DNA of 43,448 nucleotides from a virus (Duplodnaviria; Heunggongvirae; Uroviricota; Caudoviricetes): IMG/VR virus record IMGVR_UViG_2861058914_000003; one strand, 5' to 3'. Shown piece by piece: positions 43,155 to 43,448 of this stretch (position 1 is its first letter; each line of letters starts with the position of its first letter). The notes under the pieces were generated by a model. It saw only the letters and a program-made list of their open reading frames with translations, ran no database searches and was not told where the DNA came from. The position numbers and the translations under genes were made by a program.

Positions 43155-43448
43155 ATGGATATAAGCCCCTTACTTCATGCACTTTGTGCTGTGGCTGCGC
43201 AGATACTGGTTGGTCTTTTTACCGGAAACTGGGCTTACGGAGCGATAGCCGGTTGTACGTTCTTCATTGCGCGTGAACATACCCAGGCAGAATATCGCTG
43301 GATTGAAATGTTCGGGCATGGCAAGCGAATGAATATGCCGTGGTGGGGCGGTTTTGATCCGCGAGCTTGGGATGTGGCAAGCCTGATGGATTTTGCTGTG
43401 CCGGTGGTGGCGTGTCTGCTGGTCTGGCTGTTGGTTAATCGTGGGTGA
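43155..43448 (+). CDS. Hypothetical small membrane protein (97 aa)
   Basis: Complete ORF with AAGGAGG RBS and two or three hydrophobic segments, immediately right of the IS911 insertion. Confidence 0.5.
   Translation: MDISPLLHALCAVAAQILVGLFTGNWAYGAIAGCTFFIAREHTQAEYRWIEMFGHGKRMNMPWWGGFDPRAWDVASLMDFAVPVVACLLVWLLVNRG

Overview
This window is an almost complete integrated lambdoid (lambda-like) prophage of an Escherichia/Shigella-type genome, in canonical prophage order. Gene order: int-xis; small early-left genes; Red recombination (exo, bet, gam); immunity region (LexA-like cI, YdaS-like cro, YdaT-like CII analogue); O-P replication with ori iterons inside O; a cargo island; nin-type genes with rusA; Q; lysis (holin, R, Rz/Rz1); bor; cos; lambda head and tail genes Nu1 through J; a side tail fibre; an IS911 copy. 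Red, P, R, Rz/Rz1, bor and Nu1-J match lambda proteins as I recall them; no alignment or database search was run, so all homology calls are by eye and from memory. The immunity module, Q, holin, fibre tip and cargo are mosaic replacements. The most notable content is an AT-rich ~6 kb cargo island between P and the nin genes. It encodes a 1421-aa invasin/intimin-family inverse autotransporter with three near-identical 357-bp tandem repeats, convergent with a GDSAG-type esterase lipoprotein. Other points of interest: no recognisable N gene, with long inverted repeats in the pL leader; a TonB C-terminal-domain-like lipoprotein next to bor; a fibre with a divergent tip and no Tfa; and an IS911 insertion with a 3-bp target duplication. 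No CRISPR array or tRNA was found, and attL/attR lie outside the window. Coordinates of non-ORF features (hairpins, iterons, promoters) are hand-counted and may be off by 1-2 nt.
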